A DNA stretch of 64,000 bases from Anthoceros angustus (lineage: Eukaryota; Plantae; Anthocerotophyta): NCBI GenBank assembly GCA_010909165.1, contig MU008154.1:62001-126000 (forward strand). Direction: 5' to 3'. The position numbers were made by a program, and so were the translations under genes. Below, piece by piece: positions 1 through 12,400 of the stretch; position 1 is the first letter of the stretch; the number at the start of each line of letters is the position of its first letter. The notes beneath the pieces are model-generated. The model made no database searches. It was given only the letters and a program-made list of their open reading frames with translations, and was not told where the DNA came from.

Positions 1-193
1 GTGTCAAGCAACGTCCAATGCAGAGGAGGATGTTGGAGGCCAGACATCAGGATTCGAAGGAGCAGCTTGCAGCTGCCGTGGGCACAGTGCTTGACCTCTT
101 CCAGTAGGACAAAAATTGTAGAAAATACAATGAAGCCGTGATCATTGGCTACATGATCCATCAACACTCGCTACCGGATGTGGCAGTTATGCT

Positions 194-2468
194 TTACGTC
201 TTAACACTTTGCTCCTCGTCTTCCAAGATTCTCTTCAGGTATTCATAAGTCATGAATGAGAGGCCCGCGGCAGGCATCAGCTTCAAACAACTGGGGCCTA
301 GCCCTCGGTACAACCCCTGCAATCCCTGTTCTTCAAAAATGCACGACAAAGCATGCAAAGTGCCCCTGTAAACAACCCGCCCTTTCAGAGCACCAACCTG
401 CATCTGCTTCCGAGCTACCTCTAGTGGGAAAGTGAGTGTGCTGGCAAACGCTCCAGCAGCAGAACCGATCAATAAGGTCTCCAAATTCCCCACATGCTCA
501 GTTTTGAAGACCTGCTTGTAAACGCTACGCAATGTATCATACGCAAAATAATTCGCTCCAGCGTATGGGATTATTCCAATCACACTAGGAACAAGGCCTC
601 GATAGAGCTCAAATGGGCCCTCTTCTGAGACTATTCTCCACAGGGCATGGATAACTCCTCGATATTCGTCAGGCTGCAAGTACCACAGGATTCCTCAGGT
701 GCTAAGAACTAAAAGTACCCTTTACAGCAGGAACAGGGCTTCATTGCAACAACATATCTGAAGCACTGCATGATTCAGAAAGACTGGAATCTGTACCTGC
801 ACCGTCAAGCGTGTCTTCAAAAGCTCTAATGGGTACATGCATACCGTTGCTGCGATTCCAGCTGCTGAGCCTGCGACTGAGGAGATTGGTAGGGGGATCT
901 TGGACTGCTTCCCCTCCTTTGGGGTAAGAGCCTTTTTCACAGACTCATATGCGAAAAGCTGCGCACATAAACCTTTCAGCTTAGCAAACCAACTAATGCT
1001 ACACACACCACAAGACACAATGCCCATACCCAAGAGCTTTCACTCATCGATCATGTACATGTTCAGCACATGCGCACGGTAGAGGGGAACAGAAAATGTG
1101 CAGCACAGGCCACGGCCTCTCTAATCATACAAGAACACACGGCTGCCTCATGACAGACTAGCCATGGACCATGCACCTCACCTCAATGGCCTTGCTAGGA
1201 GCCACTCGGATGACATTGATTGCATTGCCTCGGAACAGTCCTGTCCAGCCTTCATGGGCCATGATCCATTGGAAAACCTCCTTCACAGACCTACCATGGC
1301 TTCCCACCATCAAATGTGTCCTGATTGTCTCCAATGGTGCAACTGCAGTGCGAGACACAGCTCCTGCAATTGCCCCACTCAACAATCTTTTACCAGACCG
1401 TCCTAGTTTCAACTTAGACGTGGCCCTCCCCATAGGTGCGGCAACCTCAGGCTCTGCTTTCTCCTCGTCTGCTTCCTCCTCGTCCGCGACATGGAGTTGG
1501 CCTTGAACTTCTTGAGCTCTAGCAACGCATAGTAATCCAGCCAACTGGGGATTGAGGTCCTTCCCAGCAACATCCACAGTGCGAGCTAAAGCGTGCTGCC
1601 GAAGGTTAGATTTTGGCCTCACTGCTCCAACGCTCGACTTACTAACCAACTCGTCCAGTCGCACCGTCTGGTGCCCAGACTCAATAACCAGTTCCGGACC
1701 TTCGAAGCTCTGAACACGGGAATTGAAGCTGAACAGCTGAGCATCCGGCGAAATCGCTATGCGAGAAGAATCAGCCCTGACAAGGCCTCTATCCGCTACA
1801 GGAGATCTTGCAGCAGGCTGCTGCTTCCATCCCTTCTCACCCACCGCGACAACAGGTTCCGAATCCTTCCGTTGCAGAAACAATCTAAGCCTAGAGAAAA
1901 GGGGGACAGGAGAGAAATCGGATGCATCAGAGTCGTAGTTGGAGTCAGGGGAATGTGGGGAGTACTCCACATGGGTACCGGGAAAGAGCTGATCCACGGC
2001 ATCCAAAACCTCATCTTCGCGTCTACACACTCGCAAAAGGCCCTTCTTCCGCTGCCGCTGCCTTTCCGAGAACGTGATGGTGCTCTTCACCCGGTGCTTG
2101 ATACAAGGAGAAACAGCATTTAGCGAACCCACAGGCGGCGCGTCGGCATCCACGAGAACTCCTGCACGGCGCAACCGCTGCCTCTGGGAAAAGGAATCCT
2201 TCTCCTTCCTCTCCCAGTGGCTGCGGAAGATTGGGATCTGGCCCAAAGTGCCACTTCCACAATCCCTCCCCGCCTCCGGCTCGCCGCCCGGTTTCCCGAA
2301 CCTGGAAGCCCGCAAATCGCCCTTCCTAACTCCACCGGGGTGGCGCCTAGACCTAGCATGCTCCTGATGGTGCCTATACCGACTCTGGTCCTGGTGCCAC
2401 ACGCGGAACGTGGCGTGGCTGGTAGAACTCGTGCTGCTAGCAGAAGTGCTTTCCTCCAAACCAGCCAT
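194..2468 (-). CDS. BT1: Mitochondrial carrier family adenine nucleotide transporter, Brittle-1 type; 3 exons (2468-1182, 958-797, 673-194), ~642 aa with a long N-terminal extension
   Basis: Three carrier repeats with Px[DE]xx[KR] signatures (APLETIRTHLM, YPLELLKTRLT, FPLEVARKQMQ) and the BT1-typical GLFRGNAINVIRVAPSKAIE. GT-AG introns 1181-959 and 796-674 join the exons in frame (KAIE|LFAY, LTVQ|PDEY). Confidence 0.92.
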
Positions 2469-3565
2469 ACCCGAGTTCTCGCTACCTGCGCTGCTCCTAT
2501 CCTACCAACAGCCACGGCAAACAATCATTTCCAGCTCCAGACATGCCCACCCCCAAAGTCATGCCGCGCGGTAAACACCCACAAATGAACCTTCACCGGT
2601 ATCCCAGCAATCCAAAATCCGACACCCAAACCCCAGCCCGCTGGGTAGGTGGCAGCTCACAAAATCTGCCCCACCATGAATCGTCATAGCTGGCCAGCAC
2701 GGTACACCACATTCAAGACAAAAGAACTAGTCCCTGCCCATCTAACGCCATCCACTACTCACCACTCCCCAGCTGACGGAGAGGAGAAACCAGACATCTA
2801 CTGGTACAACACTGGCGTGCTGGGAAACTCTAAGGAGCAGCAGCCACCGTGCAGGAGAGAGATCCAGTGCTGGAGACCGCACGCGTGTCAGGTCTCAGGA
2901 AGCACGAAAAATCACTCAATCGCTACCCAAACAACCGACCCATATTTCTTACAGTACCCAAGCCAAGAACTGGAGAGCCCCACTCGGCGCATGCCACTGC
3001 AAGCCCCTGCCAGGTCCAGGGCAAAGGATGCACCGCAGCCCATGCCGGGCTCCGGCGCAGGACCCCGTGTGTGAATCGCAGTGCGGATCCCTCACCTACC
3101 TGCCAAACCTAAAATTTGTGGCTTTGACCTAAATACATAGGTACCTGTACATATGTACATACAATATTTATAAGTAATAGATGTGGTGGATCCCACAACT
3201 TGTTTACCTTCCTTCCCGTCGCCTCTCACCCTCGGTTTCCGGTCCCCCGTTCCCGGTCACCTCCGGTTTCCGGTCGATGGTTGTTTGGAAGAAAGAAAAT
3301 AAATTGCATTAGCTTGAATGAAAGTACAATCTTGAGTCCATTTGTATGGGGCGAGGTGCTATTCTAGACCTACCCACAGCCGGACATAGAAAATCTAAAA
3401 TGCTGTATAAAGGCCTTGGACTTCCAATCTCCGCATGAGCCAAATATGCACCGAGACTAACATCGGACGTTTCCAAAACATATGGGACCCACCAACTAAC
3501 CATACCGCATGGAGATTTAGCACCTGCCTCCCATCTCGGAATTATTCTAAAGATCTCTACTTATT

Positions 3566-6490
3566 TCTACACTCTCCACGTATGGAATATCGATCTCGTC
3601 ACTAAGCCGGGTGTGTGTGACAAGTTTTTTTCTTCCGGTATTGTACATGAAGATGCTTGCACATCTTCAAGATTCCTTCATCACATACGCGCCATTACGC
3701 CGGACGACGTAGGCGCCACAAAGTTTTTGTCTCTAACTTGCCCTCTCGTATTGATCTCGTCATCCACTTTTCTTTCTCGCCATTTAGGGTTTTGTCAAAC
3801 ACACATACTCATGTTTAGGGTTTTCTGCACCACACATGGATATATATATCGGATCGGACATGTCTCGCCCCTGGAAGCCAAAGATCGAGGCTCGCCCTGT
3901 TGCTTTTGAAGGTGGCCCCTCCCCACCGTGCTGGCCCCATTCACGCCCGCGTCAAGCAATGTGGGTTCGCCTCCCGCACTCTCGCCTTGCATGTTCGCCA
4001 CCGACGGGCGCCCGCCTGACCGCTAGGTCTGCCGCCGCACCTCTTCCTCTTCCGGGTGCCCACGCCGGCTGCCTCGAGCTCAACGATGAGCTCGGCCAGC
4101 TCTTCCCTCAGCCTTGCTGCCTCCTCCGCTCTGCAGCTTCGCGGCCCCAATCTCCGTTCGATCTTCTGATGGCGCTCCACGTCCATATAGCGGATGCGGA
4201 TGAAGTTCCTATTTTCGTCGTAGATGACCCTGTAGGGCCTGGTCTCGTCCACTCCGTCCACACCTGGAAACCCAACTTGCAAACATGAGTAGCAGCCATG
4301 GCAAAGTTCACCACTTGCAAACATCATTAGGAGCCATGACAAAGAGAACTACAGCCACCAGCATTGGCAACCCCATTGCAGTCACGGAGGATTGTGCGCG
4401 TTCACTTACCATCTAAGTCTTCCGATTGTTGTCCGTTTGCCCGCTCTCCCTCGCCCCCTTCGTTCGCAACCCAGTCGACGTCTCCATCGTCGTCCGCTGT
4501 GGGCGCCTCCTCTACCTCCTCTCTTTCGTTGGACTCCACCGTCACCGGAAGCGCCCTCGGCACGGGCTCCTTCCTCGGCCTGGAGCCGCTTGCCCCACCA
4601 TCCTCACCGGTGCCTCCGTCCCCACCTCCTCGGCCCTCGCCCCCCACGGGCACGCCCTGAGAAGGAGGCGCAAGGGCAGCCTGGTCCTCCGTCCCGCCAT
4701 GCGCCTCACGTACCACCCGGCCGCGACTCACTCACAGGCCTGGGCTTCGCCTTGCAGTTGGTGAGGCGCAACCACTGTCGCCCATTGCAGTACCAGGAGT
4801 GACCGCACTTTGTGGTCAGAGCAGGCCACTGCAGCCCTTGGCGGGCGCATGTCAGCCATCCAGACTGCAGCCCTTGGCGGGCTGCATGCACCCATCCAGC
4901 TCCTGCCAGCCGCCACATGCTACCTCCTCCTCCATCGCAGCCCTTGGCGGGCTGCATGCAAGCAACCATCTCGGCCGACGCAGCCTCGGTGGGCTCCATG
5001 CAATGCCGCAATTCACCTTTTGCGGGCCGCATCGCGCCCTCTACACTCTCCACGTATGGAATATCGATCCTCGTCACTAAGCGGTGTGTGTGACAAGTTT
5101 TTTCTTCCGATTGTACATGAAGATGCTTGCACATCTTCAAGATTCCTTCATCACATACGCGCCATGACGACGGGCCGTAGGCGCCACAAAGTTTTTGTCT
5201 CTAACTTGCCCTCTCGTATTCGATCTCGTCATCCACTTTTCTTTCTCGCCATTTAGGGTTTTGTCAAACACACATACTCATGTTTAGGGTTTTCTGCACC
5301 ACACATGGATATATATATCGGATCGGACATGTCTCGCCCCGGTGGAAGCCAAAGGAGGCTCGCCCTGTTTCTTGAAGGTGGCCTCCCCACCGGCTTGTTT
5401 CACGCCGGTCAAGCCGCCGGGTTCGCCCCTCGCACTCGCCTTGCATGTTCGCCTTCACGGCGCCCGCCTCCGCTAGGTCTCGCACTTCGCTCGGCCGCAC
5501 CTCTTCCTCTTCCGGTGCCATGCGCCTCGAGCTCAGCGATGAGCTCGCCAGCTCTTCCTCGCCTTGCGCCTCCTCCGCCTCCACCCAGCGGCCCCAATCT
5601 CCGTTCGATCTTCGATGGCGCCCACGTCCATATAGCGGATGCGGATGAAGTTCCTATTTTCGTAGATGACCCAGAGGGCCTGGTCTCTCCACTCCGGCCC
5701 CACCGAAACCCAACTTGCAAACATGAGTAGCGCCCATGGCAAAGTTCACCACTTGCAAACATCATTAGAGCCATGACAAAGAGAACTACGCCACGGCATT
5801 GGCAACCCCATTGCGACCACGGAGGATTGTGCTGCTCACTTACCATCTAAGTCTTCCGATTGTTGTCCGCTTGCCCGCTCTCCCTCGCTTCGTTCGCAGA
5901 ACCCGCGACGCTCTCCATCGTCGTCTCACTGTGGCGCCTCCTCTACCTCCTCTCTTTCTTGGACTCCACCGTCACCGGAGCGCCTCGGCTCGGGCTTCCT
6001 CGGCCCGAGCTTCTATCATCCTCACCTGCCTCCGTCCCCACCTCCTCGGCCCCGCCCCCACGGGCACGCCCGAGAAGGAGGCGCAGGCGCACTGTCCTCC
6101 GTCCCGCCATGCGCCTCTGCGGGGTGCACCCACTGTCGGTGCCACCACAGGTTGCAACTCACAGCCGCCTGCAGTACTTGGTCAGAACCACTGTCTGCCC
6201 AGGCCAGTGAAGTCAGACCGCACTTTGTGGTCAGACGAGCCACCCCCACGCTGCGGCCCTTGGCGGGCGCATGCGTACCAGCCATCCTCAGGCCTTGGCG
6301 GTGGATGCACGTGATCCGCCCATCTCGAGCCGCGGTGGGCTACATGCTACCAAATTCTCCTCCTCCATCGCAGCCCTTGGCGGGCTGCATGCGCCTCCTC
6401 CGCCTGCAGGCCGCATCGGTGGGCTCCATGCAATCGCCCGCCGCCGGTCCACTTCTTGCGGGCCGCATGCGGCCGCCTCTACCTACACTC
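3566..6490. repeat. Tandem duplication of a ~1.47-kb unit (3566-5039, 5040-~6490) with internal GCAGCCCTTGGCGGGC mini-repeats
   Basis: TCTACACTCTCCACGTATGGAATATCGATC starts both units. The copies are collinear and differ mainly by small indels. Confidence 0.9.
3941..4731 (-). CDS. Hypothetical two-exon protein inside the tandem unit (acidic segment, then ETRPYRVIYDENRNFIRIRYMD and a coiled-coil/basic tail); indel-broken copy at ~5450-6150
   Basis: Protein-like composition; GTAAGT donor near 4408; retained in both repeat units; no family recognised. Confidence 0.3.
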
Positions 6491-8139
6491 TAGGTGTCGG
6501 CGGGCTGCAAACCGCCGCCCATCGGTCGCAGACTCAGCCTCTTGGTGGCTGCAAATAGCGCACTCACCGCACTGCCGCTGGGGCTGCCCCAAGGTGGCAC
6601 GCCCTGCTGCGAAGGGCTCCACCAAGGTACGCGAGGAGGCCCGCCTTGCGCCATCGCCGGCCGCAGCCACCACCCTCCGCTTGCCGCGTGCCGGGGCCGC
6701 CGCTTCAAGCATGCCTTGCGCGAGCGGCGCCTGTCAGGCTCGCCCACGCCGCCATCGCCTCGCTCCTACATGGCCGCGCTGCCGGAGTAAACAGCGATTG
6801 CCCGCCCGCGCCAGAGCATCCGCCATTTCGCCGCGCCACCGCCTGCACTCGGCGCTGGTGAGCTCCTCCCGCCATGCCTTCCAAGGGGCCTTCCTCCTCC
6901 TCGCCGGCTGCCGCCATGTGTCAAGCTCCATGTCTTCCACCTCGCCGCCCATCTCACCAAACACCGCTGTATTGGAGCCGATGCAAGAATGTATGGCGCC
7001 CTTATTCTCGGGCAAAGGTAAAGGTGGGAGTTTTAGTGGGTGAGGGAGTTCTTCCCAAGTCCCACATAACTGCGATGGTATTCAGGCACGATCAGATGAC
7101 CTCGGGAAGAGTAAAGTCTCTTCCCTCACAATGATACGATGTGTAACATAGGGGAATCGAACCCTTGTCAAGATTTCTCCCCCGGGGTTGTTTTGATTTA
7201 TTTTCAAAATACCAAATTAAAAAAAAAAAAACCTCTGCTCGCGAGCTACCACTTTGAAAAGTGGCACTTGGAGTCGCTGAGTGAACATCTGCCCCAACTT
7301 GCGCCCCAAACTTATGGAAGATGCACCTGCTTTTTGTACTTTCATGTGGCAATTGGCACCCCCAATGCATCACTTGGTTGGCACCAGCGCATTAGTGCAT
7401 GCGCCAACCCAGCCTACTCAAGATGCAACTCCACCGATGGCGGCTGCATGGCTGCATGTTGCAACTGTTGGTTTCCACTTTCGCCTGCCCCAGTTTTGTA
7501 ATCGCCCACCTTGCTTGAGTCCGGACATGCTGACCTAAGAGTCAAACTACCACTTACCGTCCTTTTCCGAGGTGTTGCTGCCATCTATCCATGGCCACGC
7601 ATTTCCAAGCGGTGCGGTCTTCGTCTCGTTGCAAACACAATTGTGCTTGGAGTTCAGGATCGGACACAAGCGCCTGCAGACAATGAACGACAACACATGC
7701 TCACCAAATCAAGTGCATGTCATGCTATTGCTGTGAACTGAACAAACCCGCGAGGCCACCATCCGCGCCACCTTTGATCACGCATGGGCGGTTCGGGGTC
7801 AACTACCCCCACGCGACACCATCGTGAGCGCTGTGGACGCCCATAGAATTGTTCAGGCTGTCCCCGATGCAGAGTTTCCAGAGTTCCGCATGCGGTTCAT
7901 GGTAGTGGGCCGTTGCCTTTCGGAGATAGATTCAATGCTCGAATTGATGCCTGCACAGCCTCGCGGCCCCGCTTGGGATACTCACATGGGTGGACGCATG
8001 ACATACATACGCCTTCTATGGGATGCCATAAAGGCGCTTTTGGCCCAAACCCCATTAGTGTGAGCATATATGGTGTGCAATTTAGGGTTTGTGGAAACCC
8101 CTAAAATTAAGCAAATCCATGCGTCAGAATGCTTTTGAT

Positions 8140-8612
8140 AACTTAGTAAAAGACAGCCCGTGGTAAGTAACATATACACCCATAATGATCCCATACGTAG
8201 AAGGAGTAGGTAAGGTACATCCGTTGTAAATCTAGGCATGTAGTAAAAAAACATAGCTGGATAGTAAATAAGAGCCTTAGGAAAAGGTAAACTTTCACTG
8301 TAAAACACTTCTAAACCTGAATAAACTAACCCACCAGTAAAACTCCAGGTAGTAAATTCCATACTATGTAGTAAAGTCTTCTATCTTGTTGTGATCCAAA
8401 ATTGCCTTCGTAATAAGAGACTTTCGCTAACGCTTACGAATCGCATTGAGTCGCATGAAACCCAACCGTAGTAAAACACCGCAACCCATGTTGTAAAGTC
8501 TAGTTGTATACTGAGAATAATTCGGCAAATAAAGCCCTGTAGTAAAACGAGCAGTGCTCCGGGCTCTCATCTCTAAAAATGATTTAGTAAAGGGCCCGGT
8601 TTCCTAGTAGTG
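8140..8612. mobile_element. Right terminus of a CACTA/EnSpm element (TIR plus subterminal repeats)
   Basis: TTTCCTAGTAGTG at 8600-8612 is the reverse complement of CACTACTAGGAAA, preceded by ~10 TAGTAAA-like subterminal motifs over 8140-8592. No matching left TIR found. Confidence 0.8.
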
Positions 8613-9289
8613 GCGGTGATCAACCGCTGGCGCACCCACCGTGGGAGGGGGCGTTTTGGACATCGATCGCTGTGGATGTGCACCTGGAAGTGGAGCCATA
8701 GACACCTGAGACAAGGTGGTCACCTGCGCTGGCGATCGCATCAAGGCCGATCACCCATGAATTCTCAAACCTCGCTGTTGATTGCGGTGGTGGATTGCGG
8801 GGCGTTCTCCATTGCCCACGCCATGCTTGGTTATGGCTTCAAGGAGGCGTGACATTGCCGCCCACAACGAGCGATGTGCAAGCGAGGGCTATGTGGCCTC
8901 CAGTCCAGGAAATGCAAGCATTGCGCGGTGGGCATCTGTGTGGGAGCCTCACAAGGCTTGTGTGTTTGCGCGGTATGATCCATTCGATACCGACATAGGA
9001 GAGCGTGGCGCGGATGCATCGCCACCGCACACGACGATCCTATAGGCGGCGAGGTGCGGGACCGTGCGCCCGGGCCGCAGGACAGTGCGGCGTGGAGGAA
9101 GGCGGCGGCAAAGCATGATGCAGCCGGCGATGTGCAAAGAATGGTCGCGGGCCGACCGGAGGTTGCACCGGGCGATGTGGTGCTTGGCGCGGCCGTGACT
9201 GCCCCGGGAGCCGCCACGCCTCGCCGGAAGGCGTCCATGCGAAGAGGATCACGGCCGACACGGACGGCGGTGGCGCGGAGGAGGCCGTG

Positions 9290-10289
9290 GAAGCGACGCG
9301 GCTCATGAAACTTCTCGCGGAGCCGGTGGGAGTGGGAGAGCCCCGGCAAATCCACTCCATCGACTCACCGGCGAGAGCGCATACTGGCAGGGGAGGGCGA
9401 GAAATGTGTGGCACGATGCTGGTCCGGGGAAATGGGTACTCATGGTATTGGAGGTTGCAAGCTTGTCCGCCATGCACAAAGATTTGCTGTGGAGAAGACA
9501 GGCCCACAGCCACTAAGGTGTGGGTTGGAGGTGGAGCTCAAGGTGCCTCGATGGGCCGGCTGTCATGCACGCATGGGGCACGGAATGCCGGAACGCGCCA
9601 AAGAATTGGCATGGCACGCTGGTGCCGCAGGATGCACCCGCCAAGACCTGTGGATTGCAATGCTGCACCATCGAGATAGGAACGCCACCGTGACCATGCT
9701 GTGTGAAGTCAATGGAGGCTTCGTGGGAGTTTTCGCGAGAAGGACGCCTTTTTCGCAATCACCGCTGCTCGAAAGTGGAGGAAAGCAGTTGGATGGCACC
9801 CTATGGTCGCAGTGGAGGGAATGATAGCGATGCGGATGTTCGCAATCGGAGAAGTGGAGTTGGAAGCTAGTGGTGAGGGCGGTTGGGCCGGAATGGGACC
9901 ATCGTCACATGTGCCTATGGACCGCCACAAAGTGGAACATGCGTGAGGCTCGCTTTGCTCCAGACATTGAGCATCCTCCTGTGGAGTTGGATCAACACAA
10001 TTTTTGTGGGCGCTGCTCATTGCCGTCAGGTACAACAGACGAGCATTTCATATGTTACTTGGACTTTGCAACGAACGAAGAGGGAGTATTCCAAACACTG
10101 GAAGCATGTGACCTAATCATCAGGGCATGCCACACAATGGGGGGTCGCACGGGATACGCGCTGGTTGCTGGAAGATCCCATGCCTTTTTGTTCGCACCGA
10201 GGACCATCATGGAACCGCTGCGAATTGAGGTAAGGCAGCAGGTTCTGTCGTTTCCCGGGTTTGCGAAGCGGAAGCAGCCTGAAGAATGA
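9290..10289 (+). pseudogene. Unknown transposon-associated gene family X, copy 1 (frameshifted)
   Basis: Collinear similarity to the ORF at 57917-59023: GMPERAKELA vs GALERAKEIG; HFICYLDFATNEEGVFQTLEACDLIIRACHTMGGRTGYALVAG vs HFVAFTDFMMNDEHIFQVLEACKLIVKCCHYMGGRQHHALVAG. Confidence 0.7.
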
Positions 10290-11019
10290 AGATAGGGAGA
10301 GGCAGGCCATCGAGATTTGTCGGTGGGGGTTGAACATGGGTAGGAACAAGCAAGTGTGTATCGACGCCGTGAAGCGCCCATTGTAGAATGTTCAAACGGA
10401 TGGCGGTGTGGTGCGCTACTGGTTTGAAGTGTTCTGCGCAGGCACTTGTCGCACTTCAAACAATGAATCAAACATGAAAACCGAAAGTAAACCGTGATAG
10501 CCGGGCGCCACCACGAACTTGCGCAGTGCCTACCGCAGATGCATGCGGAAACCCCGCCCGCAAGCGCTAATCGGATCCCTGCGGAACACAAAATCGGAGT
10601 GGCTATATACCGATCGAGCTGCCCGCCTGTAGGAAACCCTTCGCTGCGGACATGGCATTTCTCGGGCCGCAAAGTGTTAGGGAGGATTGTAATCGGGCGC
10701 CGGCTGTGCAGTACGAGGTGCAATTGGGGTTTGAACTGGGAGGAAGGCACATGGGCCCGGAAAAAGCGCTCCCAGTGGAGGAAGTAGGCGGCGAGAGGTC
10801 TGGAAGGTGTTGAGGCCACCGACTCTGCACCTTGGCCATCACCTGGGGCAAAAAGCGGCTGTGAAGGGTGCCCATGGATGCGGCGGCGCCTTGGCAAAAG
10901 CGGACGAAGAAGGAAGAGGGCGGGCCAACACGGCGCATCAGGACTTGGCGGAGGCCCATCATCATGAAGGAGAACACTTGATGTTATTCCGAGGTGAGGC
11001 GGGATGAGGGCCGGAAGGG

Positions 11020-12400
11020 GGAGATGATGATAGAGACGCGGGGCGCGCGCCGCTTACACCGCAAACTGCACGATTTGGCGTGACTTGGTGGGAGACCATT
11101 GAAAGGCCCACCGACGGAGCTAGTCAGCTTGAGCACGGTGACGAGGCTCGTGATCGGCACACGGCATGGCGTGGTATGGGAGGTTGTCCGGAGGAGGTGT
11201 GCACGCCGATTGCCACGCACACACCCATCACCAAGACGGCTGAATGATGGAATACGATTCGTGCAGAGCAATCGGATGGAATCGAAATCCCTAGGAGGCA
11301 GTCACGGAGGCGCTTGATGCTGGAGCACATGGCACGATTTGCCGACAAGGCGATCCGCCCGGCCCAAGACACCAATGCGACACCCATGTACATGTGGCAT
11401 ATGGATTGTGTGCGGGGCCGGGCGATGTTCGCAAGGATCGCGCGGTGGAAGAAGTGATTGCGAGTTGTGATTGCACCGGTGAGCTGTGTTGCCTCGCAAT
11501 TATGACAAGATGTACCAATTCTACTTGAGTCCAAGGGGCCATAGATGGGGCAACCCATTACGCCCCCGTTGGTCCGGAGGATAACAAGCGGGAACGACGA
11601 TTTTCAACGCCTATGTGGAAGAAAGGAGGAAGTTTGGGCATCCACAATGGATTCCGACTAAGACAGAGCACAACCTAATAGAGGCAGATATGAACCGAGC
11701 GAGGCCAAGGGCACATGAAAGCAACTTCATTCGTGGCCCCTCTGTGCAAAACCAAGTAAAAGTTTGGTGCTTGGTCTGCGTTGTCCTTGTCTGCAATGAC
11801 TGCTGGTGAAGTGAGTGAATGCGGGATTGGTGCAGAGGATTGAGCATTTCTGGCGGTCCTTGGGAGAGAAGTGGGCGTTCCTCTACAAGGGGTACATGAT
11901 GGATATGGTGAGGAGCAGCGAACTGGACATCACTAACCCTTGGCACATCCATTCGCTCCACGTGACCTTCATGCCCACGATGAGGGCGGAGCTCGAGCGT
12001 TGGAGGCAGGTATGGAATAGGCACCGGTGCGGAAGATCGTGCAGCCGGCTGTGACATCCTCGCCATGTGCCCAATCGCATTCCAAGAAGAAGGTCGACTA
12101 CAAGGGTGGGTGCACACCCGCATATGAGGAGGACGATGGCGAGGAGTTCGATGTGGGTGGCCTCGATGCTAAAACGTGGCCCCGAGATGCCACCACTTGG
12201 GCATTGAATTGCCGAGGGGTGAGAAACCGCAGTCGCATGTCCATATATTGTCCGCAGTTGCAGCATTGTTGGAGGTGGAGGGCGATCGCCGCCATATGTG
12301 CAGCCATGTGGAATCGAATCGTGGGCATCGCTGGTTGTGCAGAACCGCAGATGGGGACAATGCATATGCAAAGGGCTTGAGGACATGGACTTCCTCCGGA
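11020..12400 (+). mobile_element. IS3EU/IS481-like DDE integrase-core transposase (frameshifted, one intron 11756-11835)
   Basis: Ordered motifs YDKMYQFY..QGAIDGATHY, DNKR..TIFNAY, FGHPQWI..TEHN, FIRGPSVQNQ|RIEHFW, LDITNPWHIHSLHVTFMPTMRAELERWRQVWNRHR match the eukaryotic integrase-core pattern (HGxIDG...GxSxxNQRIExxW...WNxH). Confidence 0.72.

Noticed and set aside
3309-3560. Possible retroelement coding fragment
   Set aside because: Too short; no motif I can assign with confidence.
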